Shown here in pieces: positions 28,546 through 38,183 of a stretch of DNA of 64,000 nucleotides. The notes below the pieces were generated by a model. The model ran no database searches and was not told the origin of the DNA. It saw only the letters and a list, made by a program, of their open reading frames with translations. The translations under genes were made by a program, and so were the position numbers. The first letter of the stretch is position 1, and each line of letters begins with the position of its first letter. The DNA comes from Candidatus Saccharimonadota bacterium (GTDB lineage Bacteria > Patescibacteriota > Saccharimonadia > Saccharimonadales > JAXHMH01): positions 437,761 through 501,760 of the forward strand of contig JAXHMH010000002.1 in NCBI GenBank assembly GCA_034521515.1. The letters are read 5' to 3'.

Positions 28546-29127
28546 TTAGGTTGGTATATTCGTTCGTGCAGCGAACGTAACCATTCCGTCATAGATATCT
28601 TTAGCCGAAAATTCAATTTCAGACGCATCAGATATGTGAGAGTATTGCGCACAATCCACGTTTCCGTTAGGAGTACCCACCATGTATGAATCATGGGAAA
28701 AGCCCCAGAAGTACATTAATGAGCCATGAGGGGTAAGAAGTACAGCGTGGTTTTTGTAGTACGCACTGTTATTCATGTTGTTTACAGCTGGTTCTTGATA
28801 CTGACTCTTATTCTTAGCGGCTACAAGCCAGCCACTAGCGACGACAACTTCCTTATTTTTAGCCCACATGCCAGGAATCTTTGGTCTTATCGTTTCTAGT
28901 CGGGTTAAGTGGTCGTATTCATTAAGGTGACGTGACGCAATCGGGCCTAAAGCTCTAGCTACTTTAAGTACATGGGTATTACGAGAAGCGCGCTCAATTT
29001 GCCTGTGTGTGTTTATTACTGCTTCTTGCCGGGCACGTTCATGCAACGCCTCGACTTCTTTAGAAAATTCTGATCCCAAGCCGCTCATAATAACTTTATA
29101 TTCCAACTCACGAAGTTTTGCAAGCAT
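28546..29127 (-). CDS. Hypothetical protein
   Basis: 193-aa ORF directly downstream of the HD-domain gene, so likely an operon. Confidence 0.45.
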   Translation of the reverse strand: MLAKLRELEYKVIMSGLGSEFSKEVEALHERARQEAVINTHRQIERASRNTHVLKVARALGPIASRHLNEYDHLTRLETIRPKIPGMWAKNKEVVVASGWLVAAKNKSQYQEPAVNNMNNSAYYKNHAVLLTPHGSLMYFWGFSHDSYMVGTPNGNVDCAQYSHISDASEIEFSAKDIYDGMVTFAARTNIPT

Positions 29128-29139
29128 GAGGGAAAAGGG

Positions 29140-29862
29140 TTAGGTGGCGAGGGCGAGGTTTTTGTAGACCGTAGTAGCAAGATAATCACGAGAGTTGTAG
29201 TCGTTGAAAACAAAGCAAATATGGTTCCAGACTGCCTCGAGCCGCTCCCCATATGATAAATGTTCGTTCCTGGTGTTCGTCCTAGTAAGCATGGCATCTG
29301 TGAAGTCAGCAGTTGTCAGGCAATCACGGGTAATTCTCTCGCTATCTGAAAGTTCTTCGTCTACACCATAAGCCAAGACACTGTCTTGTTTATGGTGATG
29401 TTCTTCTATGGCTCGGGCAATAGTATCAGATAAACCATACTGTCGAGCGATTTGGCCGCCTAGCCAGGCGTGCGGGATAATTTGGGTATGATCCTTAAGT
29501 CCCCAATCTGTTCCTTCGTTACTTTTGGCAATTAAGTCTTGGCTCACTTCTATTTTGCCAATATCGTGGAGTAGAGAAGATGACCAAATAGCGGCTAAAT
29601 CAACCTCAGCGTCTGGGAATACATCATGTATCGCCTGAGCTGTCTTGAGGGCTAATGGCAACGTTTGGAGACTTTCGCGTGCTGTTTGTTCATCAAATTG
29701 TCGTAGTTTTTCCAGAAGTTCAAACGTAGTAACGTAGGTATGTTGATCAACACCAATTTCAATAGCCAGTGATCTAGAATCATCCAGCAGCTCCGCATAG
29801 TTTTTTTCAGCTATTGTTTCATGGGTTTCTTGTGGGAACTCGCGAGTTTCTAGGACGGACAT
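29140..29862 (-). CDS. HD-domain phosphohydrolase
   Basis: The H..HDIGK motif is present (LLHDIGKI) and there are downstream His/Asp residues (EEHHHKQD). Confidence 0.7.
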   Translation of the reverse strand: MSVLETREFPQETHETIAEKNYAELLDDSRSLAIEIGVDQHTYVTTFELLEKLRQFDEQTARESLQTLPLALKTAQAIHDVFPDAEVDLAAIWSSSLLHDIGKIEVSQDLIAKSNEGTDWGLKDHTQIIPHAWLGGQIARQYGLSDTIARAIEEHHHKQDSVLAYGVDEELSDSERITRDCLTTADFTDAMLTRTNTRNEHLSYGERLEAVWNHICFVFNDYNSRDYLATTVYKNLALAT

Positions 29863-30053
29863 GTTGGTTTTTCTTTATATTTAAGTATCTCTGTTGTTAA
29901 TTATACTCCTGGGTGTCAATAGCACTAGGAAACAAAAAGTCATATGTATAAATAATTCACCAAGCAGTATTACATCGGCTAATAACCAAGGTGCGACAAA
30001 AAGCTTGGAGCTTCTTGCTACAATGATAGTAATAAATATAAAGGATATGACAG

Positions 30054-30302
30054 ATGGCAGAAAACAATCAAACAACTCCAAACCAAGCTCAACCTAAACA
30101 ACAACGTCAATGGCTGGCTGCGCTACTTTTATCAGTGCTCATAGGAGAGCTTGGCATCGATCGCTTTTATATGGGCTATATTGGGACGGGAATCTTAAAA
30201 CTCATTACACTTGGCGGTTGCGGCATATGGTGGTTGATTGATGTCATACTTATCGCAACAGATAATCTAAAAGATGCAGACGGCCAACCGCTTCAAAAGT
30301 AA
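30054..30302 (+). CDS. TM2 domain-containing membrane protein
   Basis: The TM2 signature is GELGIDRFYMGYIGTGILKLITLGGCGIWWLID. Confidence 0.7.
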   Translation: MAENNQTTPNQAQPKQQRQWLAALLLSVLIGELGIDRFYMGYIGTGILKLITLGGCGIWWLIDVILIATDNLKDADGQPLQK

Positions 30303-30603
30303 GCTACTTAATGTGGTGGGGTTACAAACGCCTGCTGGGCGTCTCGTGGCATTTGCGGCTGTAACTGCGTTTGTGTATGTCACCAGTGTTTTTAGGATCA
30401 CCTGGATCCCGAACTTGTCATTGTATAAGTACCTTGGGATTAATGCGCCATCTATAGGATTGACCCGAGCCTTTCGGTTGCTAATAAACGGTGATGTAAG
30501 TGGAGCCTGGCAGATGAACTGGCTTATTTTTCCGGTTGTCGCCATAGTGCTTGGGATAGTAATTATTGACATCACCAAGCTTATGCGCAAGAAGCAGATT
30601 TAG
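30274..30603 (+). CDS. Small membrane protein, DUF2752-like (Cys-less variant)
   Basis: SIGLTRAFRLL...AWQMNWLIFP resembles the DUF2752 CPxCGxTRA core. The annotated ATG overlaps the TM2 gene by 29 nt, so the real start may be the GTG at about 30307. Confidence 0.4.
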   Translation: MQTANRFKSKLLNVVGLQTPAGRLVAFAAVTAFVYVTSVFRITWIPNLSLYKYLGINAPSIGLTRAFRLLINGDVSGAWQMNWLIFPVVAIVLGIVIIDITKLMRKKQI

Positions 30604-30753
30604 TCGGTATAACAGATAAGTCAGGGGTGCTATGTATCAATGCACTTATCAAGAACTTCACCAATATTTAATGGTTTTGACTACAAGAAGAAATGATACA
30701 CCAGACTTGGAGCGGTATTTAAGCAGGGTACAGGGGCTATATGGGTAATAAAC

Positions 30754-31260
30754 TTACTGGCCGGTGGAATTGCCAGACCCCTGCGGATGCACGAATGTCT
30801 TGAACGTGAAAATATATATCCAAACTAGTCCGTATAGTAATCCAAGTACAACGCCCACATCTATAATTCCTTGCAATGGTTGAGGTAGTTGTTTTGTAGA
30901 AAAAACTAATACTAGTATCCCTGCAGTAAGTAACCAGCTGGTGATAATGCGCTTTCTGGCCGCATTGAAGTAGCTCATGCAATAAAGTGGTGCGAATATA
31001 ATATCTTTGGTCTGTCCGTAGTGTAGCAGATGCCGTAATCGATCAGCGACCCTGGGTGAAAACTTTTTTTGGAACCCATAGTACCCTTCACCAATAAGCA
31101 TAAAACTGCACCAAGCGATTAATATAAGCCACTCAACACCGTTAAAACTAAAACTAAGGGAGTTTATTACATGCACTGAAAGGCGTACTATTGCGGCGCC
31201 AATAATTAACGTAATTCCAGCCAGCCCCCAACTTGCGCCGATAATGTTAAGCGTCTTCAT
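30754..31260 (-). CDS. Hypothetical polytopic membrane protein
   Basis: 168-aa ORF with 4-5 TM helices. Confidence 0.45.
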   Translation of the reverse strand: MKTLNIIGASWGLAGITLIIGAAIVRLSVHVINSLSFSFNGVEWLILIAWCSFMLIGEGYYGFQKKFSPRVADRLRHLLHYGQTKDIIFAPLYCMSYFNAARKRIITSWLLTAGILVLVFSTKQLPQPLQGIIDVGVVLGLLYGLVWIYIFTFKTFVHPQGSGNSTGQ

Positions 31261-31573
31261 GTCTGTATGAGTACCAAGGACGTTCTCTTCAAATAAATGA
31301 ACGTGAGTACGCCCAAAAAGTTTTGATTAATTAACCTATTTTTTAAAAAAATGGTACACCCGGGCAGGTCAGGTAAAGGATATTTAGACCAGTTGCGGGG
31401 ATCGACTTTTCGAGCAAGTCCAACAGCAGTACCGTCAAAATCACTCCATAGTTTTGGCATGCGTTCGCTCATCCAAACGAGCATACTACAGCACGGCAGT
31501 TTTATGAAAAGAAAACACATTAGCTTAATGGCGTTGTTGTGGACTGAGGCCGGTGTAGAGTAACATAAGCAGT

Positions 31574-33322
31574 ATGACTAACAGAATCATCAGCCAGGAG
31601 AATGATGCGCCAATAGGTATTCAACTTAAAGTTGGCGAATATGAATCCGAGGCTGCATCCATTAATCAAGACATCGCCGACAATCCATTTTCCGCAGAAG
31701 CGGAAGATACGCCTGAATCTGTTCAATATTTTGATGAAGCCGCTGCAACTATACAAAAAGAAGGCGGGATTGAGGCTCACAAAAATCGTTACGGTGGCGA
31801 TCCATCTAAGTGTCCCTTTATCGGACCTATGGGAGCAGCGGGGTTGAAACTTGCCGAGAGCATACAAAATGAAGAACGAAACCCCGATAGGGGCAAAACT
31901 ATAGGCGAGATATTAGCCGAAAAACGGCAGGAACAGAAGCAAGCGAAGCCCGAAGAACCGTCTGCTTCTCAGGAGGCTAGCGAGGTAGATATAAGTGATG
32001 AAGTTGACAAAACACCTGCTAAAAAATCACAGCCAGAGCATGATAAAAAAGAAGTTTTGATGAACACTGAGGAAATAAATAAAACCAAAACACCTGTCAA
32101 ATCAACCGAATTACGAAACAACGCACTGGAAGCTGCGATACAGCAAGAACAGTTAGTCGAGAAGTTTTTGAGTCAACCTTATGAATCAAAAACTACTGAA
32201 GGCAGCCCAGCTAGAAAAGAGCCGGACGGCAAAGAACGGCAAAAAACAGCAGAGGGCGACCGCACAAGTCATCAGCAGAATAGGAAAAATCGTGGAGCCT
32301 TTAACAAGGAAACAGTCAAAGTAGACCCACCCTCTATGACAAACGACACAATTAGTGCCAATCACGAAAAACCCTCTCGCAATAAAGAGGCGCCGATAAC
32401 TACATTAACAGCCGTAGAGAGCTTAGAAGAATCAAACGAAACAGAGGAAGATGATCTCGATACCACCAGTAATACAGCCTCTGTATACAGCGAGCCGCGT
32501 ACCGAGCCGGCTCAAGAGTCTTCACTGAACCAGACTACCCAACCAGATATAGAGACACATGATGTTGCAACAGAAATAACTAACCTGGAAGAGGGGGGTG
32601 ACATATATGACGCATTTGGTCTGGGCGCAGAAAGATTTAATTTGGAGCAACAAGATCTAGAACAAATAGCTACCTTTGAAACTATGATTGAAGACTGGTT
32701 GAGCGCAGACAGTCACGGCTCTGAAGAGGCGTTTACAGACCTAGCTCTTTTTAATGCCTTAGATGGTGAAAACTCGGATAAAAGCGAGCATATAGATAAG
32801 GTTGATGAAGCCGGTGATAATTTGGCTGCGACTGCTGAAACTATGCCTTACGATGTTGAAAAAATTGAGTCAAAAATTAAAGTCACAAAAAAACTTGAAG
32901 AATTGTCGGAGTTTATTAAGTTGGTTAAGTCAAAGACTGAAACTCATATAGGTGAGGGTGCTGATAAGCAATTAGAGCTGTTATGTATAGAGCTTTTCGG
33001 GCTTATGGGCGTTGAATTAAGTGAGCCTCTTGCCAATGAAATAGCCCGTGATTTATTAGATGTTTCTATAAAAACGGGCGATCCTGAAACTGAGCATATT
33101 TCAATCGAAGAGCTAAATAATCGAGGAACAAATGAGTATAGGGTTGCAACAGCGTCTACCTTGTTGGCTCATTATTCACAAGCTTTACAGCAAAAAATTA
33201 AACGACTCAAGCAAATCAGTAGATATATTCTTGTTCGAATGAGTAGGCCACTAGTCTACGGAGCAAATGTCTCACCTAAGACCCAGGTTCAATTTGACCT
33301 TGCTGTTCCAGCTTGGACATAA
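31574..33322 (+). CDS. Large acidic (Glu/Asp-rich) hypothetical protein, predicted disordered with an ordered C-terminal segment
   Basis: 582-aa ORF. There is no TM helix and the composition is low-complexity acidic. Confidence 0.5.
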   Translation: MTNRIISQENDAPIGIQLKVGEYESEAASINQDIADNPFSAEAEDTPESVQYFDEAAATIQKEGGIEAHKNRYGGDPSKCPFIGPMGAAGLKLAESIQNEERNPDRGKTIGEILAEKRQEQKQAKPEEPSASQEASEVDISDEVDKTPAKKSQPEHDKKEVLMNTEEINKTKTPVKSTELRNNALEAAIQQEQLVEKFLSQPYESKTTEGSPARKEPDGKERQKTAEGDRTSHQQNRKNRGAFNKETVKVDPPSMTNDTISANHEKPSRNKEAPITTLTAVESLEESNETEEDDLDTTSNTASVYSEPRTEPAQESSLNQTTQPDIETHDVATEITNLEEGGDIYDAFGLGAERFNLEQQDLEQIATFETMIEDWLSADSHGSEEAFTDLALFNALDGENSDKSEHIDKVDEAGDNLAATAETMPYDVEKIESKIKVTKKLEELSEFIKLVKSKTETHIGEGADKQLELLCIELFGLMGVELSEPLANEIARDLLDVSIKTGDPETEHISIEELNNRGTNEYRVATASTLLAHYSQALQQKIKRLKQISRYILVRMSRPLVYGANVSPKTQVQFDLAVPAWT

Positions 33323-33524
33323 CCATTTCTTTTACTTCACTAGGCGTCATGTCAGCGAGATGGTGAGCGCATCGGCCAAGACCCCAAAAAACAGAACCTT
33401 TCTGACCGTCCCATTCCAGGCTTACGTCAGCAACTTCATCCAGCCCGCACACTTCAATCAGAACTGTGGCAGCTTCATTCTGATTGTCCGTTAGGGGTGG
33501 TCGTTCGTCTCTTTCAGGGTTCAT
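33276..33524 (-). CDS. Small hypothetical protein
   Basis: 82-aa ORF. It is convergent with the acidic protein gene and overlaps it by 47 nt. Coding status is uncertain. Confidence 0.3.
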   Translation of the reverse strand: MNPERDERPPLTDNQNEAATVLIEVCGLDEVADVSLEWDGQKGSVFWGLGRCAHHLADMTPSEVKEMVMSKLEQQGQIEPGS

Positions 33525-33625
33525 TAGGTACTTATTATATAGAATAAGTATAAATTAGAAAGGTACCCGTATAGTTTAGATAGTATATATAGACTTGTGC
33601 TGTCCACCGCAAGTCATAATTTATA

Positions 33626-33653
33626 AATGCGCCACTCGACTGGCGCGTTTAAA
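33626..33653. repeat. Palindromic repeat AAATGCGCCACTCGACTGGCGCGTTTAAA
   Basis: It differs at only 2 of 26 positions from the 15149 terminator, in the same orientation. Confidence 0.6.
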
Positions 33654-33850
33654 TTGTAGTAAAAGCTGGCTATTTATAGATGAAAAATGTGAATTAAGGG
33701 GGAGGGCGAACGCACGATTATTAACACGGTTTCACATTAACGAAATCGGGGATGACAAGCAGGGATATGAACAGGAAGGTAGCAAGGGTACGAGGCCCGA
33801 ACGTCCTATTTAACCCATCCATATCCTGCTCGCCATGTACCCGAAATGGT

Positions 33851-34417
33851 TCAATCTGAAGTGATGGCGAATAGGCCGATGAGTCCAATCATTGCTGCAA
33901 ATGCAATGAAAAAGATGTAAACAATGATCAACGCAATGGCGATGAGAAATACCGATGCAGCGACCGCTATCCAGCCAAGGCCTGCTATCGCAAGACTCCC
34001 GGGTCCGGCATGCCCAGATTGTTGAGCAATCCGCTCATCCACGTATACTTTTGTGATGCCGCCGACGGCGTACCCAGCTACGACTATTGCTAGAAGTAGA
34101 CCAAGCCCAATCACCGCCTCTATCCATTCTGGCCAAGCCTCGGTTTGAGCGTTAAAGCTCTTACCACTCTCATTAGAGGATAAAAACCAGACTGCAAGAT
34201 GCCCTCCAAGCATCAAAGTCGCAAAGCCAGTAGCGATCCCAGCCCCGGTTCCTGTCCCTGTAGAAATCGCCCTAGACATAGGTAACCCTTTCTCCTCACA
34301 GTGGCGAAGATGCCTCTCGCAAAGCGAGTATGTGTATCCTGTAACACACAAGATGAGGAGCAAAAGCACTAGTAAATGCGCTTGCTTCCCATCTTGTGGT
34401 GTACGCCTGCTTGTCAA
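33851..34417 (-). CDS. Hypothetical membrane protein
   Basis: 188-aa ORF with at least 4 TM helices. Confidence 0.45.
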   Translation of the reverse strand: MTSRRTPQDGKQAHLLVLLLLILCVTGYTYSLCERHLRHCEEKGLPMSRAISTGTGTGAGIATGFATLMLGGHLAVWFLSSNESGKSFNAQTEAWPEWIEAVIGLGLLLAIVVAGYAVGGITKVYVDERIAQQSGHAGPGSLAIAGLGWIAVAASVFLIAIALIIVYIFFIAFAAMIGLIGLFAITSD

Positions 34418-34537
34418 ATAACACCTCTGGAGTTAGCTCAACAGAGGATAGTTTCTTTATACCATGCATTTATAAATATATCAAATATGTCGTATTCCTC
34501 CACCGTCCTTGCATTATGAAGAACCCGACCCAGAATC

Positions 34538-34574
34538 AAGAAAAGAGTCCCACTTGAAGTGGGACTCTTTTCTT
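34538..34574 (-). terminator. 16-bp perfect hairpin abutting the tRNA-Met 3' end (AAGAAAAGAGTCCCAC-ttgaa-GTGGGACTCTTTTCTT)
   Basis: Read from the sequence. The stem begins at the tRNA CCA. Confidence 0.6.
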
Positions 34575-34650
34575 GGTAGCGGCGACAAGACTTGAACTTG
34601 TGACCTCCGGCTTATGAGTCCGGCGCTCTAACCAGCTGAGCTACGCCGCC
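34574..34650 (-). tRNA. tRNA-Met (CAU), elongator-like
   Basis: Manual cloverleaf: acceptor GGCGGCG/CGCCGCU with a G1.U72 wobble, D-loop AGCUGGUUA, anticodon loop CU-CAU-AA, variable loop AGGUC, T-loop UUCAAGU, discriminator A, and CCA encoded. Confidence 0.75.
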
Positions 34651-34819
34651 CCGTCAGAACCGACGGTCAGCTTCCACAAAAGTCGCTTATGACTTTTGTT
34701 TCACCTTCTAGTCGCTTCTTCCTGTCAAAATCCCAAACAGCAGACAAACTGCTTGGTTTGGTCTTTTGGGTTCTAGCATTGGAACAGAGGTCAATATATC
34801 ATATCCACTACATTAAGAA

Positions 34820-34846
34820 AAGCCGGGCGTGCACACCCGGCTTTTT
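34820..34846 (+). terminator. Intrinsic terminator AAGCCGGGCGTGCACACCCGGCTTTTT within the long leader upstream of the RRM gene
   Basis: 8-bp GC stem followed by T5. It has no upstream CDS on this strand. Confidence 0.5.
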
Positions 34847-35351
34847 GACTGACCGCTTAATTAATCAAAGTCGGTTTAGCAATTTGTCTACCTTGAGGAT
34901 GCCCGAATTTTTGGTTGGAGCAAACTCATACGCAAATTTAAGCGCCATACACCAGTCCTTTCAATGTTTATTTTGTGTTGTTTGTTTTAGTCGACTAACA
35001 CTACACATTATACATGCTTTTGCTTTTTTGTCAACTTCAGTACTACACACCTCTTGGCGGCTAGCTTTGTTGACAGCTGTAGTGCTCGTTCAACGTATTA
35101 GAATACGTCTCTCTGCGCGCTGCTCTGTCGCCGTGCTATCCATCCGAGTGAGTAGCCCTGAATACCTCATCTGTAAATATGCCTATTGTAGGATCCATAG
35201 ATTTGTGCTTTACTTGGCGTGCAGGTTCTTATCTGTTGTTCGCATGAGAAGGTCGTTTGTTTTTTGATTAAAGAACACCGTTTGACAGTTCAATGCCAGA
35301 GACAGAAAGGGGTCGTACCTCGCAACAAGTTCTTTAATTAGGAAACAACAC

Positions 35352-35654
35352 ATGTACAAATTATTCGTAGGTGGATTACCTTTTTCCACCACAGACGATG
35401 AGCTCGCACAATCATTTGGCGAGCACGGCACAGTAGCTTCTGCTGTTGTCATCAAAGACCGCGACACCGGCCGTAGCAAAGGCTTCGGTTTTGTCGAGTT
35501 CGAAAATGACGAAGAAGGTAAAGCTGCAGAGAAGGCTCTTAATGGGTCTGATATGGGTGGCCGCTCCATCACTGTTAACGAGGCTCGTCCTCGTGAAGAA
35601 CGTCCACGCCGCGATTTCAACAATCGCGACAACGGCGGCAACCGCGGCTGGTAG
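35352..35654 (+). CDS. RRM-type RNA-binding protein (glycine/arginine-rich tail)
   Basis: RNP-2 is LFVGGL and RNP-1 is KGFGFVEF. The tail RDNGGNRGW is RGG-like. Confidence 0.85.
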   Translation: MYKLFVGGLPFSTTDDELAQSFGEHGTVASAVVIKDRDTGRSKGFGFVEFENDEEGKAAEKALNGSDMGGRSITVNEARPREERPRRDFNNRDNGGNRGW

Positions 35655-35673
35655 TTAATACCACTGCGCAAGC

Positions 35674-35703
35674 AAACACCCCGGTAAAACGGGGTGTTTT
35701 TTA
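35674..35703. terminator. Bidirectional intrinsic terminator CAAACACCCCGGTAAAACGGGGTGTTTTTT
   Basis: 8-bp stem flanked by an A-run and a T-run, between the convergent RRM and sigma genes. Confidence 0.7.
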
Positions 35704-36378
35704 TACTTCTTCTATTGTTGACTCCTTGTCTGGGAATACAAGTTCACGTAACCGTCTTCTTGCCCTGTGCAATCGCACCTTAGATGCAGTCTCTGATATA
35801 CCAAGCTTTTGGGCAATAACATCATGCGGCAAATCATAGACATCTCGCAAAACTACCACAGACCTCATTATTGGCGATAATTGCTCTATCGCAGACCTCA
35901 GTTCATCTCGTAATTCGGCATTTTCTACACGATGCTCAACGTCATAGTCTGAATGTTTTGCCACGTATTCTTTAGTTTCATCCTCGTCCCTATTGATAGC
36001 TAATTTATCCTGAAGTTTCTTACGTTTTTCAATGTACGTATTGGCAGCATTAACAGTTATCCGGTGAAACCATGTCGTAAAGCTGGACTCGCCGCGAAAA
36101 CCAGGTAAACCACGCCACGCGCGAAGATAACTTTCCTGAACAACCTCGCTGGCACCTTCCGCGTCATGCGTAAAACGGCGGGCAGTACTGTAGGCGTGTC
36201 CGGACGTAAGCCTTACGATATCTTCAAATTTCCGTTGCGCGGCTATGTGATAAACAGATGATTCATCGTCTGCTAACTTTAGATCAGCTTGAACAGCATC
36301 CACTAACTTACTAACTCGAGCCTGATACTCTTCTTCTGGAGTTAACTCCACGTCTCCGTAGTTATAAGCTTCCGACAT
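35701..36378 (-). CDS. ECF-type RNA polymerase sigma factor (sigma-70 regions 2 and 4)
   Basis: Region 2 is YLRAWRGLPGFRGESSFTTWFHRITVN. Region 4 HTH is LPHDVIAQKLGISETASKVRLHRARRRL. Confidence 0.8.
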   Translation of the reverse strand: MSEAYNYGDVELTPEEEYQARVSKLVDAVQADLKLADDESSVYHIAAQRKFEDIVRLTSGHAYSTARRFTHDAEGASEVVQESYLRAWRGLPGFRGESSFTTWFHRITVNAANTYIEKRKKLQDKLAINRDEDETKEYVAKHSDYDVEHRVENAELRDELRSAIEQLSPIMRSVVVLRDVYDLPHDVIAQKLGISETASKVRLHRARRRLRELVFPDKESTIEEV

Positions 36379-36541
36379 AGTTACATATTATATAATTACC
36401 CGCATGCTATCGCAATTACTAGTTCTTGCATAACAGATACCAACCTGCTATAGTAACAACTTGCCAAACAGCCTACACTTTTCCCATCCTGGGTTAAGTG
36501 AGGACTAGCCAGAAAGTGGATGCTTCCCTTTCTGGCAATAA

Positions 36542-36616
36542 CGCGGGGTAGAGCAGCGGCAGCTCGTGTGGCTCATAACCACAAGGTCGGAGGTTCGAGT
36601 CCTCCCCCCGCTACCA
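36542..36616 (+). tRNA. Initiator tRNA-fMet (CAU)
   Basis: 5' CGCGGGG with an unpaired C1xU72, an A11:U24 pair in the D-stem, anticodon loop CU-CAU-AA, and CCA encoded. The 5' acceptor and D-arm closely match E. coli tRNA-fMet. Confidence 0.8.
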
Positions 36617-38183
36617 AGAAAGACTTTTCAGGTTCTGGAAGGTCTTTTTTATTTTCTATCACTCTGTAAAGCGAGCTAATTTCTTTGGTTCCAAACCTGC
36701 GGCTGTTGCTGTCATAGACCACACCCCTTGGGAACAATATGCTTTGGAACCTTTGCTTTGATTGAGGCGAAGCAACCGTCCATTGCTGGTCAATATTACG
36801 CATTACATCTAAAGCCAAGGTTATGTCAGACTCTCTAATGTTCTGTTGCTTTTCGAGCTTCTGGAGCTCTTCTGTGAGGGTGAGCTTTTCTTCATCTAGG
36901 GCTGCTATGAGATCAGTCTTTTCCTCTGCAGTAAGCTGATCCGCGTTGAACTTCCTGATAGCAGAAAGGCGGTCATCCGCTATTGAACTCAGTCTGTTGC
37001 GTTCTCTTTTTATCTTTCCGTTGAGCTTACCGAGTTGTGTAGCAGCCTCTGTAATTAATATCTCTTTGTAGAGCTCTATTAATCTATCTTCAGGCTTAAG
37101 TCTTTCGAGCATAGTAGTAAAGTCTTCGTGTATAACAGAAGCCTTCACAGACTTGCTCAAGCCCTTACAGGATGAACGAGAGCAGTGATAGCGGGGCGAC
37201 TTACCACCCGATCCAGTCCTAGGAGCAGAAGCGTACAGTGGCTTTGTACAGTGCGAACAAAGCACCAGGCCTTTCAAAGGATAATCTGGGTTAAGCGATT
37301 GGTGTACTTCTCCAAGACGAGTGTTCTTGCCATGTAATAGCGTTTGGTTGAGCTGGTATGTGTCCTTTGAGATTAATGCCTCATGCTGACCCTCTACGAG
37401 CTGCCAGTCAGTATGATTGTCGGCAACATAGCCCGCATACACGGGATGCTTAAGCATGCGATTGATACTATCTTCGCCTACTTTCTTTCCGTATCGACTA
37501 CGAAGCCCTATGGTGGCAGCATATCTTGCAAGCTCAGCTTTGCTTATATCGCCTTGAGAGAAGCGTTCTAGCATCTGTTTTACATACGGTGCCATTGTAT
37601 TCGGCTTTAGCGTTGGGCGGGGCTTACCCATGTCATTAGGTTTCTTGAAGGCATCATACCCAAGTATAGGTGGGTGCTGCCACCATCCTTGTAAAGCGAG
37701 GTTACGCATATTGTCTTTCGTGACATCAGACTTACCCTCATTGTCTAGTTGACCTAGTGCTACAAGCAGGGTCTCCATAAACCGCCCCTCTCTCGTATCA
37801 TCAACCGCTGGCTCGGTTGCGGAACGAACCGTAATGCCTAGTGCCTTTAATATTGTTCCTACGTGATTTGAATAGCTGTCTATGTCACGAGATGCACGCT
37901 TCATGTTATAGACAATCCAGTGCTGTATTTTCCCTTTATTCTTCGAACAGTACTTCAGTAAGTCTTGTAGGCCAGTTCTATTAGCGTTCTTGCCAGACCT
38001 TGCAATGTCCTCAAACCATTCGACTATCTCTATTCCTTGGGCATCGGCGTACGCTTGTATAGCCTGCCTCTGTGTCGCAGGGCTCTCATTATTAATCTGC
38101 CGCATGCTTGAGATACGAACGTATGCGACTGCTTTCTTCTGTGCTGGTGGTTGACCTAGACTATTCATCAGCTTTGGAACCAT
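36573..38183 (-). CDS. Large serine recombinase (resolvase catalytic domain + recombinase domain + zinc ribbon + coiled coil)
   Basis: The N-terminus carries AVAYVRISSMRQ with the catalytic Ser. The zinc ribbon is CSHCTKPLY...YHCSRSSC. The last 14 codons are the antisense of the tRNA-fMet 3' half. Confidence 0.85.
   Translation of the reverse strand: MVPKLMNSLGQPPAQKKAVAYVRISSMRQINNESPATQRQAIQAYADAQGIEIVEWFEDIARSGKNANRTGLQDLLKYCSKNKGKIQHWIVYNMKRASRDIDSYSNHVGTILKALGITVRSATEPAVDDTREGRFMETLLVALGQLDNEGKSDVTKDNMRNLALQGWWQHPPILGYDAFKKPNDMGKPRPTLKPNTMAPYVKQMLERFSQGDISKAELARYAATIGLRSRYGKKVGEDSINRMLKHPVYAGYVADNHTDWQLVEGQHEALISKDTYQLNQTLLHGKNTRLGEVHQSLNPDYPLKGLVLCSHCTKPLYASAPRTGSGGKSPRYHCSRSSCKGLSKSVKASVIHEDFTTMLERLKPEDRLIELYKEILITEAATQLGKLNGKIKRERNRLSSIADDRLSAIRKFNADQLTAEEKTDLIAALDEEKLTLTEELQKLEKQQNIRESDITLALDVMRNIDQQWTVASPQSKQRFQSILFPRGVVYDSNSRRFGTKEISSLYRVIENKKDLPEPEKSFLVAGGGLEPPTLWL

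Noticed and set aside
34689-35267. 192-codon ORF on the plus strand between tRNA-Met and the RRM gene
   Set aside because: It has low-complexity, Cys/Leu/Phe-biased composition, no SD and no motifs. It runs across a strong intrinsic terminator at 34820. I treated it as non-coding leader.
35210-35671. 153-codon antisense ORF overlapping the RRM gene
   Set aside because: It is antisense to a gene with clear RNP-1/RNP-2 motifs, which is a typical shadow ORF.
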